From IMG/VR virus record IMGVR_UViG_3300020472_000025, positions 1 through 59,308 of that record: a DNA stretch of 59,308 nt. The stretch is one strand, 5' to 3'. This stretch comes from a virus (Duplodnaviria > Caudoviricetes). Below the pieces are notes generated by a model. It ran no database searches. It was not told the origin of the DNA and saw only the letters and a program-made list of their open reading frames with translations. Shown piece by piece: positions 1 to 9,144 of this stretch (its first letter is position 1; each line of letters starts with the position of its first letter). The translations under genes and the position numbers were made by a program.

Positions 1-204
1 TCTGAAGGAACTAACCTCTACTATACAGATGCTAGGGCAGACGCAAGAATTGCTGCTGCTGATACCGATGACCTATCAGAAGGATCAAGCAATCTTTACT
101 ACACAGATGCTAGAGCAGATGCAAGAATTGCTGCTGCTGACACTGGTGATCTAACAGAAGGATCAAATCTATACTACACAAACGCTCGTGCTGATGCTCG
201 TGTA
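1..204 (+). repeat. Three ~25-26-codon coding tandem repeats (xEGSxNLYYTDARADAR)
   Basis: Three degenerate copies with synonymous differences. Confidence 0.85.
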
Positions 205-639
205 GTTGCAGGTATCACTGGAAAACTTGATGCCTCTGCTGTTAGTGCTTTCGGTCTAACACTTGTTGATGATGCAGATGCTGCTGCTGCCAGATCCACA
301 TTAGGATTAGGCACTGCTGCTGTTGCTGCTACAGGTGACTTCGCTACTGCCGCACAGGGTACAACTGCTGACAATGCACTCGCTGCGTCTGCTGTAAGTA
401 CATTCGGTGGCACTCTAATTGATGACGCAGACGCTGCTACTGCAAGGACAACCCTTGGATTAGGAACTGCTGCTACCACTGCCTCCACTGCATATGCTAC
501 TGCTGCACAAGGTACTCAGTCAGGTACTAACGACACTGACATTGACGCAATTTACACTGAATTAAATGCTATTGGTAATGACGCTGGTGTTACAACCGTT
601 GCACATCTTAAGGCTGCACTCGCCGCTCTATCACGTTAA
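1..639 (+). CDS. C-terminal part of a repeat-rich fibre/fibritin-position virion protein (5' end outside window)
   Basis: Frame 1 open from base 1 to TAA 637-639; repeats DLSEGSxNLYYTDARADARI and DDADAAxARxTLGLGTAA; lies directly upstream of gp13, where T4-like phages carry fibre genes. Confidence 0.7.
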   Translation, partial: SEGTNLYYTDARADARIAAADTDDLSEGSSNLYYTDARADARIAAADTGDLTEGSNLYYTNARADARVVAGITGKLDASAVSAFGLTLVDDADAAAARSTLGLGTAAVAATGDFATAAQGTTADNALAASAVSTFGGTLIDDADAATARTTLGLGTAATTASTAYATAAQGTQSGTNDTDIDAIYTELNAIGNDAGVTTVAHLKAALAALSR

Positions 640-643
640 TTAA

Positions 644-1444
644 ATGGCATCCCCAAACTCTAAAGCTACTCTTAAAGAATACTGCCTCCGTAGACTCGGC
701 AAACCAGTATTGGAAATTAATGTATCAGATGATCAAGTCGATGATGCAATCGACTATGGTGTTCAGAAGTTCCAACAGTTCCATTATGATGGTGCTGAGA
801 GAGTATATTTAAAACATTTGTTTACTGCTGATGAGATCACAGCAGGTAAAGCATCATCTAATAGTACAGGTGTGGATGGTACTACAATATGGGGTGAGCA
901 AACAAACTTCCTTTCTATACCAGATCACATACTATCAATAGAAGGTCTCTTTGCCTTTACGGATAAGGGTACTAGAAACATGTTTGATATTCGTTATCAA
1001 ATGAGACTTAATGACTTGTATGACTTTACGTCTACACAGTTCTATCATTACTATATGATTCAGACTCATCTACAAAGTATTGATTGGATACTTGAGGGTA
1101 TGAAACCTGTTAGGTATACCACTGTTAATAATAGACTGCATATAGATTTTGACTGGACAGAGGATTCACTAGAAGATCAATATATTGTTATTAAAGCATG
1201 GAGGGCACTGCAGCCTGATACTTGGACAGAGATCTATAACCAGATGTGGTTAAAGGATTATGTCTCAGCAAAGATTAAGAAGCAGTGGGGTCAGAACATG
1301 ACCAAATTCCAGAATGTACAAATGCCAGGTGGAGTCACTCTGAACGGAGAGATGATCTATAACGATGCTGTAGAAGAACTCAAAGTATTGGATGAGCAAC
1401 TACGTACAGAATGGGAAACCCCTCCACTAGACATGATAGGATAA
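644..1444 (+). CDS. gp13: Neck protein gp13
   Basis: YCLRRLGKPVLEINV start and QMPGGVTLNG motif; T4 synteny. Confidence 0.95.
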   Translation: MASPNSKATLKEYCLRRLGKPVLEINVSDDQVDDAIDYGVQKFQQFHYDGAERVYLKHLFTADEITAGKASSNSTGVDGTTIWGEQTNFLSIPDHILSIEGLFAFTDKGTRNMFDIRYQMRLNDLYDFTSTQFYHYYMIQTHLQSIDWILEGMKPVRYTTVNNRLHIDFDWTEDSLEDQYIVIKAWRALQPDTWTEIYNQMWLKDYVSAKIKKQWGQNMTKFQNVQMPGGVTLNGEMIYNDAVEELKVLDEQLRTEWETPPLDMIG

Positions 1445-1445
1445 T

Positions 1446-2321
1446 ATGGCAACTAATACGTATTTTTCACAAGGAACTGTTGGTGAACAAGGTCTTACTC
1501 AAGATCTAGTTGACGAGCAGATTAAGATGTTTGGAAAGGATGTTTACTACATACCTAGAACATTAGTAAAGGAGGATGGAGTTTTTGGAGAAGACACACT
1601 ATCCAAATTCGTCGGTGCCTTTCAGGTGGAAGTATATATTGAGGATGCTGGTGGTTTTAGGGGTGATGGCGATATTTTCTCTAAATTTGGAGTCAGAATT
1701 CAGGACCAAGTTACCTTTGTTATATCAAAACGTAGATTCACAGCAGCAGTAGATGATAATGCTACGTTAATAGTAGAAGGTAGACCAAATGAAGGTGATC
1801 TAATTCATCTTCCATTAGCTAATAAGACATTTGAGATACAATTCGTAGAGCATGAAGTACCATTCTATCCTTTGGGATCGACATACGTATGGGGACTTCG
1901 CTGTGAGTTGTTCGAATACAGCGACGAGGACATCGATACTGGTGTTGCTGCTGTAGATGCTATCGAAGCCAACTTTGCCAATGCTATTACTGTCAACCTA
2001 GTTGCAGGTGGTACTGGTACGTACACAGTTGGAGAGACTATCACTGGTGGTACCTCTAATGTGTCTGCTGAGGTTAAGTCCTTTGACGCTGGAAATAACC
2101 AATTACAGGTTTATAACCGTACAGGCATCTTTACCGTCCCTGAGACGCTCACAGGACAGTCTAGCGGTGCTGCATGGACTACTGCTACATATAATACCCT
2201 AAATAATGTTAATAGTGAATTTGATGCTAATGCTACGTTCGAAACGCAAGCAGATGGTATCTTAGACTTTACCCAAGGTAATCCCTTTGGTGAGTTTGGA
2301 AACAAAGGAAGTAGTATCTAA
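1446..2321 (+). CDS. gp14: Neck protein gp14 (head completion)
   Basis: EQIKMFGxDVYYIPR, SKFG, RPNEGDLI, LRCELFEYS, C-terminal NPFGE. Confidence 0.95.
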   Translation: MATNTYFSQGTVGEQGLTQDLVDEQIKMFGKDVYYIPRTLVKEDGVFGEDTLSKFVGAFQVEVYIEDAGGFRGDGDIFSKFGVRIQDQVTFVISKRRFTAAVDDNATLIVEGRPNEGDLIHLPLANKTFEIQFVEHEVPFYPLGSTYVWGLRCELFEYSDEDIDTGVAAVDAIEANFANAITVNLVAGGTGTYTVGETITGGTSNVSAEVKSFDAGNNQLQVYNRTGIFTVPETLTGQSSGAAWTTATYNTLNNVNSEFDANATFETQADGILDFTQGNPFGEFGNKGSSI

Positions 2322-3358
2322 TGTTAGGAACATATTCTTATCACGAAATTATTAAAAAGACAGTAGTCGGATTCGGCACACTGTTTAATAATATTGAGCT
2401 TCGTCGTACTGCAGGAGCTAAGACTGAGGTGATGAAAGTACCTCTTGCTTATGGTCCTAAGCAGAAGTTCCTTGCTAGGTTAAGGCAATTAGGTGATCTT
2501 AGTACAAAGGATCAAGTACAGATCACACTACCAAGAATTTCATTTGAGATAGTTGGTATCTCATATGATGCAACCCGAAAGGTTTCTCCCACTCAGTACA
2601 TAAGAAAGACTAGTGGTAGTACAACCAGTAAGGGTTTCATGCCAATACCATATAATGTATCTTTTGAGTTGGCAATCCTCGCTAAGAATCAGGATGATTC
2701 ACTTCAGATTCTTGAGCAAATCCTCCCATTTTTCCAACCAAGTTTTAGTATAACAATGAACTTGGTACCTTCTCTGGGGGAGAAGAAGGACTATCCCATC
2801 ACACTGACTAACGTAGCATACGATGATCAGTATGAAGGTGATTATGATACACGTAGGACTCTGATCTATACTTTACAGTTTGTTGCTAAGACATATCTGT
2901 ACGGTCCTGTTCAGTCTACCGACGCTGTTATCAAGAAGGCAATCGTCGATTACTCTACGGAAGCAGTTGCTACTGCACCAAGAGAAGTCAGATACACTGC
3001 TACACCAGCATCACTTGTTGATAGAGATGCTAACGCTATCACAACTCTTTCTGCTGCAATGGATATCAATGATGGTATTATCTCCATCACTGATGCTAAT
3101 GCTGCTATCGTTGGAGATGAGATACAAATTGGTACCGAAGTGATGCATATCACTAGAGTAGTAGGAAGTACATGGCACGTCAATCGTGGATGGAACAACA
3201 GCACTATTGCTGGACATGCTATTAGTAGCAATATCCTCAAGATAGATGCTGATGATCATGCACTGGTTGAGGTTGGTGATGACTTCGGATTTAATGAACT
3301 ATACGCTGAATTTTCTGATGGCAAGTCAAGGAACCCAACAACAGGAGCAGACGAGTAA
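2321..3358 (+). CDS. gp15: Tail sheath stabiliser/tail terminator gp15 with C-terminal extra domain
   Basis: FGTLFNNI, VPLAYGPKQKFL, LPRISFE, EQILPFFQP. Confidence 0.95.
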   Translation: MLGTYSYHEIIKKTVVGFGTLFNNIELRRTAGAKTEVMKVPLAYGPKQKFLARLRQLGDLSTKDQVQITLPRISFEIVGISYDATRKVSPTQYIRKTSGSTTSKGFMPIPYNVSFELAILAKNQDDSLQILEQILPFFQPSFSITMNLVPSLGEKKDYPITLTNVAYDDQYEGDYDTRRTLIYTLQFVAKTYLYGPVQSTDAVIKKAIVDYSTEAVATAPREVRYTATPASLVDRDANAITTLSAAMDINDGIISITDANAAIVGDEIQIGTEVMHITRVVGSTWHVNRGWNNSTIAGHAISSNILKIDADDHALVEVGDDFGFNELYAEFSDGKSRNPTTGADE

Positions 3359-3770
3359 GTTTGATGGTATAGAGGATGCTCTCGATGTAGAGACTTCTAT
3401 TATACCCGAAGGGGGTTGTGCCCCTAGGAAAGAACAACTTGCTAACATAACTGGTCCAACAGAACAACTCAAGAAAGATTATGATTACACTCGTGGTAAT
3501 CTATATTCTCTCATTGAGAAGGGACAGGAAGCTGTCGATGGTATCCTAGAGCTAGCGCAGGAATCAGATCAACCCAGAGCATATGAAGTTGCTGGACAGT
3601 TGATTAAACACGTAGGAGATGTAGCAGATAAACTTGCTGATCTGCATAAGAAAGTTAACGAGATAGAAAATCCCAAGGGAAGTAAGACTACAGAGGTTAC
3701 AAACAACACTATGTTTGTTGGTAGCACTGCAGATCTCGCTAAGTTTCTAAAACAAAAGCAAGATAAATAA
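3318..3770 (+). CDS. gp16: Terminase small subunit gp16
   Basis: DYDYTRGNLYSLIEKGQEA, PRAYEVAGQLIK, NNTMFVGSTADL; ATG 3318 chosen as start. Confidence 0.92.
   Translation: MASQGTQQQEQTSKFDGIEDALDVETSIIPEGGCAPRKEQLANITGPTEQLKKDYDYTRGNLYSLIEKGQEAVDGILELAQESDQPRAYEVAGQLIKHVGDVADKLADLHKKVNEIENPKGSKTTEVTNNTMFVGSTADLAKFLKQKQDK
3764..3769 (+). promoter_or_regulatory. T4-type late promoter (TAAATA)
   Basis: ATAAATA overlapping the gp16 stop, upstream of ATG 3796. Confidence 0.7.
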
Positions 3771-3795
3771 CATATAGGTATAGGAAGCATTAGTA

Positions 3796-4338
3796 ATGTC
3801 AGTATTAAACGTTTTAGATACGCAAACCGTAAGTGCATCGGGTACTGCGTATATCACAGTGAAAACGGGAGTAATTAGAGTATTAGCAACTGCTGCATCC
3901 AGCATCCAAGTTGGGGCAGGTCCTGCTATAACCCTCGCTGCTGGTGTTCCTGAATTAATTTCGGTAGGTAAACCGAAAACGGCAAAGATTGCTGCTGCAA
4001 CCGATGCTAATCCTACAGTCCTTACTTTAGAAGGATACTCAAATGGTGGTCGTCACACGTTTACTGCTGAGGACACTATAACCACATCTAATGGTGGAGA
4101 CACTGCATTTGTAGCAGCATTTGTTACTGCTGGTAGTGCTGGTAAGAAAGCTGCTTCCGTTACTGCTACTACTATTACTACTGACCTCGATGCTTCTGGT
4201 GCTTCTGCTGACTACGCTTTATCTGAAGCGGATGTAATTGCTGGCACTATTCCTTTGGTACAAAGAACTGCATTACTGACTGCAGGTTCTGGTTCAGGTG
4301 GTGTCGTTGTCGAACAAGTACAAATTGTTGGAGGTTAG
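3796..4338 (+). CDS. Hypothetical Ala/Thr/Gly-rich protein, probably virion structural
   Basis: Long ORF after a late promoter; beta-rich composition. Confidence 0.6.
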   Translation: MSVLNVLDTQTVSASGTAYITVKTGVIRVLATAASSIQVGAGPAITLAAGVPELISVGKPKTAKIAAATDANPTVLTLEGYSNGGRHTFTAEDTITTSNGGDTAFVAAFVTAGSAGKKAASVTATTITTDLDASGASADYALSEADVIAGTIPLVQRTALLTAGSGSGGVVVEQVQIVGG

Positions 4339-4339
4339 T

Positions 4340-6205
4340 ATGACTGACGTTAACGAAGCTAAGGTAGATACTGGTACTCCAGAAGAGAAAGAAAAGACAA
4401 GAAACGTACGTAAGTTTGGTGTCAGTCACAATGTGGCTGGTCATGGTAAACTAAGACGTGCACTCCACAGGTCAGACCGTGGACATAAGAAAATTAAAGG
4501 TGATAAGCCACAACTAGAACAAGAAGGAGTGATCGCTCTTGTTAAAAAAGGGAAGGCAAAACATGATGAAGCCGTTGAGAAAAAGAAAGTCAAGCAGAGG
4601 AAAGCCGTTCCTTATGCTGCTTTGGCACAGAGTTACAACCCCAAGGGTGAGACTATCTCTGAGGAAGAGTACGATAGAATTAAGGATCGTCGTCTTGAGC
4701 GAGGTGGAAGTGCTGATGGGGGTGATGATTACAAGTCTTCGTCATATAAGTCATCTAAGAAGTATGATCCGAAGGCGGCGAAGAAGGCTTCAGATCAGGC
4801 ACTTGCGAATGTCAGGGCAGCAATTATTGCACAGCATGGTCCAGGTGCAATCGCAAAATCCAGAAAAGAAGAATGGGAAGCAGCAGCGTTAGAAGTTGCT
4901 GTTGATTACTTCTATGAAGAAGGTATCAATGAAGAAGGATTAGACCTCATTATAGAAGAGGTTGGTCTAGAAGATTTTGTAGAGTATATACTTGATCCAC
5001 CTCCAGAATATTTGGAAGAGGAAAGGTCTGCTAGAAAGGCATCAGCGAGTGCTCCTTCATATGAGAAGGTAAAGGCAAAGGTAGATGCTGGTGACGCTGC
5101 TAGAAAGAAATCAGGCAAAGGTGAGTATGCTAAGACTGCTGCTGCCAAGAGGAACTATGGTGATGAAGACAATACCAATTACGATGAGAAGAAACCTGCT
5201 GCTAAAAAGAAAGCAGCACCTAAGGCAAAACCAAAAGCTAAGCCAAAGGTCGTTGAGATTAGAAAGAAAGTTGAGAAGTCAGTGCCTAAGGCAAAGAAAG
5301 AGCAACCTAAAAAGAAACCTGAGAAGAAAGGTCTTTATAGTAAACTCAAGGATACTGTCAAGAAAGGTGTTGACCGCCATAAGGAAGCTACTGGAAAACT
5401 CAAGAAGAGATATGTTACTGCACGTGCCAAAGGTAAAGTTCCAGAGAAACGTGCCAAGGAGTTTGCCAAGGGTGTCAAGTCTGGCGTTAAGACTGCTGTC
5501 AAGTTCGCTAAGGACGTTAAAAAAGTAGTTGGTGAGGAAGTGGTACCTGAGGGATACGATGCTAGAGTCGATATCACATCTATCGAACCTATAGAAGAAG
5601 GTTTAGCATCTGCTTTAATTAAGACTGCTGTAAAAGTATATCAAAATAAGAAGAAAAAGTCCGAGAATACAGATGAGAAGAAGGATGTCAATGAAAAGAT
5701 GACCTTCAGTAGATTCATCGATGAGGGCAACAAGACTGTCAGACAATACACAAAGTCCAAAACTCAAGTCACAGGGCACATCTCTGCTGACAGGGGGGAT
5801 TCCGAAAAAAAGAACCGAGCCTCTAGAAAAAATCTAGAGAAGGATCTCAAGAAGCATGGGATCGGTCACTCAAAAGGTAAGGGCAAGTATAAGTATGACA
5901 GTGGTGAAACTGGCACAGAAGTTTCCTATCAGACTTCTAAATCGAGTAAAATGTCTAAACGTCGTTTTGGGAAAGTGATGCGTCGTCTAGGACGCAAGCA
6001 CGGTCAAGAATCCGTGATAACAAAAGATAAGGACAAACCAGCACGTTTACATGACACCGAGGCTAAGAAGCCTGGGAAGTCTATTAACATAGGTAAGTCC
6101 AAACCTGGTTCCCACCCTAAAGGGGAGGGAGAAACTTCTGGTACTAAAGTCAGAAGTGGTAAACTACCCAAAAAGACAAGCAAAGGAGCATATCACTATG
6201 GCTGA
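4340..6205 (+). CDS. Large Lys-rich protein, putative internal head protein; C-terminal DUF3293-like domain
   Basis: ATG 4340 follows the upstream stop; basic blocks separated by acidic xE(E) islands; C-terminal ISADRG...LGRKHGQESV. Confidence 0.55.
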   Translation: MTDVNEAKVDTGTPEEKEKTRNVRKFGVSHNVAGHGKLRRALHRSDRGHKKIKGDKPQLEQEGVIALVKKGKAKHDEAVEKKKVKQRKAVPYAALAQSYNPKGETISEEEYDRIKDRRLERGGSADGGDDYKSSSYKSSKKYDPKAAKKASDQALANVRAAIIAQHGPGAIAKSRKEEWEAAALEVAVDYFYEEGINEEGLDLIIEEVGLEDFVEYILDPPPEYLEEERSARKASASAPSYEKVKAKVDAGDAARKKSGKGEYAKTAAAKRNYGDEDNTNYDEKKPAAKKKAAPKAKPKAKPKVVEIRKKVEKSVPKAKKEQPKKKPEKKGLYSKLKDTVKKGVDRHKEATGKLKKRYVTARAKGKVPEKRAKEFAKGVKSGVKTAVKFAKDVKKVVGEEVVPEGYDARVDITSIEPIEEGLASALIKTAVKVYQNKKKKSENTDEKKDVNEKMTFSRFIDEGNKTVRQYTKSKTQVTGHISADRGDSEKKNRASRKNLEKDLKKHGIGHSKGKGKYKYDSGETGTEVSYQTSKSSKMSKRRFGKVMRRLGRKHGQESVITKDKDKPARLHDTEAKKPGKSINIGKSKPGSHPKGEGETSGTKVRSGKLPKKTSKGAYHYG

Positions 6206-6359
6206 GCACAGGCTCGATAAAAATGGATACGGAGTTTGGTACTGTGTACATTGTGGACTTACTGCACCACAAGGACATTGGAAACCAAAGTCATGGACAG
6301 AGAAGCACGAAAAGAATTGTGCAATGAACCCAGTTAACGGATATAAAGCCCCTGCATAG
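6198..6359 (+). CDS. Small Zn-finger-like protein (CxxC...H...C)
   Basis: AAGGAG upstream of ATG 6198; YCVHCG...KHEKNC. Confidence 0.6.
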   Translation: MAEHRLDKNGYGVWYCVHCGLTAPQGHWKPKSWTEKHEKNCAMNPVNGYKAPA

Positions 6360-6361
6360 AT

Positions 6362-6493
6362 ATGAAATCACTTAGAACATTTTTTAACGAAGAGCACAAC
6401 TGTCCTCCTGGAAAAAAATATTGTCCTAAGTGTCAGATGTGTGTCACCGAGACATGTGCTGAGAAAAAAATGAGGAAAGAAGAAAATAAGTAG
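6362..6493 (+). CDS. Small Cys-rich protein, 43 aa (not in ORF track)
   Basis: MKSLRTFFNEEHNCPPGKKYCPKCQMCVTETCAEKKMRKEENK*; fills the gap after the previous stop. Confidence 0.6.
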   Translation: MKSLRTFFNEEHNCPPGKKYCPKCQMCVTETCAEKKMRKEENK

Positions 6494-6501
6494 TTATTGC
6501 A

Positions 6502-6520
6502 ATTGATTTGCGTTCTCAAT
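6502..6520. promoter_or_regulatory. 19-bp palindromic operator ATTGA-N9-TCAAT upstream of petF (Fur-box-like)
   Basis: attgatttgcgttctcaat in the intergenic region. Confidence 0.35.
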
Positions 6521-6576
6521 AAGGGGTTGTTTTTTCGCAATAGATGCTATATAGTATAGAGGTTCTGGAGAACTAA

Positions 6577-6873
6577 ATGGCATCCTATCAAGTAACTGTA
6601 AAAGACGCAGCAGGAACAGAGAGCACTTTCGAGTGTGCATCTGATGAATATATTTTAGACCGAGCGGAGGAAGAAGGTGCTGATGCTCCTTACTCTTGTC
6701 GTGCTGGAGCATGTAGTACATGTGCTGGTAAGATCGTTTCAGGTACAGTAAATCAAGAAGATCAATCTTTCTTAGATGAAGAACAACTAGAAGCAGGATT
6801 CGTTCTAACTTGCGTTGCGTATCCAACCTCTGACTGTGTTATCGAACTCGGACAAGAAGAACATTTATATTGA
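6577..6873 (+). CDS. petF: Plant-type [2Fe-2S] ferredoxin
   Basis: [15 protein letters not shown]...VLTCVAYP; GGAG RBS. Confidence 0.98.
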   Translation: MASYQVTVKDAAGTESTFECASDEYILDRAEEEGADAPYSCRAGACSTCAGKIVSGTVNQEDQSFLDEEQLEAGFVLTCVAYPTSDCVIELGQEEHLY

Positions 6874-6882
6874 TTTCTGGGA

Positions 6883-6888
6883 TAAATA
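6883..6888 (+). promoter_or_regulatory. Late promoter (TAAATA)
   Basis: gataaatacc between petF and the next ORF. Confidence 0.6.
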
Positions 6889-6922
6889 CCTATACAATTA
6901 GCGAGCCCTCGGCCTAAAAATC

Positions 6923-7105
6923 GTGTCTCATTATACAGTGTCCTATATGGACCAGACAAGGCATCACCAAGAGATCTGCGAGTACGCAGAGGATGCCTAT
7001 TCAGCAAGAAATCAAGCATGTGCGGATGTTTCCTATCTAAAGGAGCATCCGCATTCTATTGATTGCATTCTTAAAGAAAATTCTCTATTCTCTGCAATAT
7101 TATGA
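6923..7105 (+). CDS. Small hypothetical protein (picocyanobacterial/cyanophage type)
   Basis: GTG start; EICEYAEDAY...YLKEHPHSIDCI; ATGA-coupled to petE. Confidence 0.65.
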   Translation: MSHYTVSYMDQTRHHQEICEYAEDAYSARNQACADVSYLKEHPHSIDCILKENSLFSAIL

Positions 7106-7461
7106 AACATGAAATCATGTGGTGGATGAGTCGTATCACAGTGATGCTTACTTCATTAGCACTATCTTTCACATTAGCAGCACAAGCTTATGCTGCTGAT
7201 ATCCAAATGGGTTCAGGTGGTAACCTGATCTTCGAACCAAATGAGGTGTCAATCTCAGTTGGTGATACTGTAACCTTCACTAATGGTGATCTACCTCCTC
7301 ATAATATGCAGGTAGCAGATCATCCAGAACTATCACATGGTGATCTAGCATTCGTTGCTGGTGAGAGTTTCGATGTTACTTTCCCTGAGGCAGGTGACTA
7401 CGAGATTCAGTGTGATCCCCATGCTGGGGCTGGAATGAAGGGAGTAATCCATGTGTCGTAG
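7102..7461 (+). CDS. petE: Plastocyanin
   Basis: Signal peptide ending AYA; PPHN and CDPHAGAGM type-1 copper ligands. Confidence 0.97.
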   Translation: MKHEIMWWMSRITVMLTSLALSFTLAAQAYAADIQMGSGGNLIFEPNEVSISVGDTVTFTNGDLPPHNMQVADHPELSHGDLAFVAGESFDVTFPEAGDYEIQCDPHAGAGMKGVIHVS

Positions 7462-8125
7462 GTTTATCAAATAGAATGTTGTAGATGTATTCCATTGCCC
7501 ATTCTTTATTAAACCAACTCGACAGTGCTGCAATAGTCTTCTTATTCTTTCTTTGTTGATGAGAATAATGACATTGGTCATCCATCCTTAGCATGGACTG
7601 TACCCAATCGTCATCTTTTTTAGTAGACTTTACCCAGTTGCAGAAGATATCCAGGTAACCTGTTAGTATTTTAATATACTCCTCTACCTCATCTTCATCT
7701 CTGATTCTAACGAACTTAAAGCAAGGGGAAAATATCTCATCACCCCATAGTGGTAGGGGTCTCTTTTCTTTAAATCTGTATGAATTACTGACTGGTACTA
7801 TCTTATCGTATATCGCTTCAGTTCCCCTTACAGGAGAGACATCAACAATAGCAGCAGTAATAACTGTTTTAGTAGCAACTATATCGCATCCGAAGATAGG
7901 AATATTATACTCAAAGTCTGGGAAGAATACACAGTGAAGTACATCTAGTCCTTTAACTTCAGAAGTCTCTACATGAATCTTTCTGAGACCTGTGGACTTC
8001 CACATCTCATTCTTTATCCATCCTGCCTCAAATTCTATTAGTTCGCAGTCACATTTTATAGGTTCCAAACCATCTAATGTCTCTGCTCTTTTAATAATTT
8101 CATTAGCAATTCGCTGTACTAACAT
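7376..8125 (-). CDS. pcyA: Phycocyanobilin:ferredoxin oxidoreductase
   Basis: RKIHVE, LDVLHCVFFP, PIFGCDIV, AAIVDVSP, QQRKNKKT match the PcyA Glu/His/Asp catalytic pattern. Confidence 0.9.
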   Translation of the reverse strand: MLVQRIANEIIKRAETLDGLEPIKCDCELIEFEAGWIKNEMWKSTGLRKIHVETSEVKGLDVLHCVFFPDFEYNIPIFGCDIVATKTVITAAIVDVSPVRGTEAIYDKIVPVSNSYRFKEKRPLPLWGDEIFSPCFKFVRIRDEDEVEEYIKILTGYLDIFCNWVKSTKKDDDWVQSMLRMDDQCHYSHQQRKNKKTIAALSSWFNKEWAMEYIYNILFDKPTTHGLLPSFQPQHGDHTESRSHLPQGK

Positions 8126-8126
8126 A

Positions 8127-8279
8127 ATGATAGTCTGGTCAATAATATGGATGGTTGTGATACTACTTATAGGAGTATCAGTTTCTCTTGTCTATATATT
8201 TAAGTACGACGATTGGTATCCCAATGGGCAAGATGACACCACCGTCACGGAAGAGTTGTTACAACTTCAGGGTGACTGA
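8127..8279 (+). CDS. Small single-pass membrane protein
   Basis: MIVWSIIWMVVILLIGVSVSLVYIFKYDD; hydrophobic N-terminus. Confidence 0.55.
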   Translation: MIVWSIIWMVVILLIGVSVSLVYIFKYDDWYPNGQDDTTVTEELLQLQGD

Positions 8280-8760
8280 GATAGTAAAAGTAGTTGATGG
8301 AGATACCATTGACGTAGTAATAGATTTAGGATTCGATATCTATAAGCACGAACGTGTTCGTATAGCTGGTATCGACACACCTGAGAAGCGAACACGAGAT
8401 CTAGAAGAAAAGGCACTAGGAATAGATGCTACTAACTGGATGAAATCTACCTTAGAGGATACTATTAATGGGGACCATGAACTTACTATACGCACTGAAC
8501 TCAAAGGCGGTATGGGTAAGTACGGCCGTCTACTTGGCTGGTTATATGTTGGTGATGATGAGACATCACTTAATGAACAGATGATTGCCGAAGGGTATGC
8601 ATGGGAATACGATGGTGGTACTAAACAAAAGAACTTCTCAGAGTTACGTGAGATACGTAGGTCATTGGGTACATTAGTCGAAGAACCCGAAGAAGGAGAT
8701 CCATTGCCTGAAGTAGGGCATGGCACAACAACATCAAGTATGGCAGGTTTATATGACTAA
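8224..8760 (+). CDS. Thermonuclease (SNase-fold) family nuclease
   Basis: VVDGDTID, RVRIAGIDTPE, GKYGRLLG, NEQMIAEGYA. Confidence 0.92.
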   Translation: MGKMTPPSRKSCYNFRVTEIVKVVDGDTIDVVIDLGFDIYKHERVRIAGIDTPEKRTRDLEEKALGIDATNWMKSTLEDTINGDHELTIRTELKGGMGKYGRLLGWLYVGDDETSLNEQMIAEGYAWEYDGGTKQKNFSELREIRRSLGTLVEEPEEGDPLPEVGHGTTTSSMAGLYD

Positions 8761-8965
8761 AATACCATTCGCAGTAGTCTCATTCTTAGCAGTCCAATTG
8801 GGCGGTGCTATATGGTGGGGTGCTGGTATAGATGCCAAGGTAAAACTTATAGAAGAGAATAGGAGATACATCCAAGAGGTTGTAATCCCTTCCTATGAAA
8901 TCAGTGACAACTGGAACAACCCACACTACAATAACTGGCTAAAGGCTGGTGGATGGAAAGATTAA
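8753..8965 (+). CDS. Small protein with N-terminal transmembrane helix
   Basis: MTKIPFAVVSFLAVQLGGAIWWGAG. Confidence 0.55.
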   Translation: MTKIPFAVVSFLAVQLGGAIWWGAGIDAKVKLIEENRRYIQEVVIPSYEISDNWNNPHYNNWLKAGGWKD

Positions 8966-9144
8966 TGAAGAAACTAAGTTTAATACTACTAGCACCACTA
9001 TTAGTAGGATGCGATCCTTCAGGTGGTATGGGTAGTATCGACTGGTCTTGGCCAGGTGTCCCAGATGAATACGAATGTGATCAGGTAACAGATCCTGCAT
9101 CATGGTGTGCAACAGGTGAACATCCTAATCTATGTGATTGCTAA
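8965..9144 (+). CDS. Small Cys-rich lipoprotein
   Basis: MKKLSLILLAPLLVG-C lipobox; TAATG coupling at both ends. Confidence 0.65.
   Translation: MKKLSLILLAPLLVGCDPSGGMGSIDWSWPGVPDEYECDQVTDPASWCATGEHPNLCDC

Noticed and set aside
1-480. Tandem repeats as a possible CRISPR array
   Set aside because: In-frame coding repeats with synonymous drift and no unique spacers; I saw no array anywhere in the window
7376-8125. pebS or pcyX as the identity of the bilin reductase
   Set aside because: HxE, LHC and GCDIV motifs match PcyA
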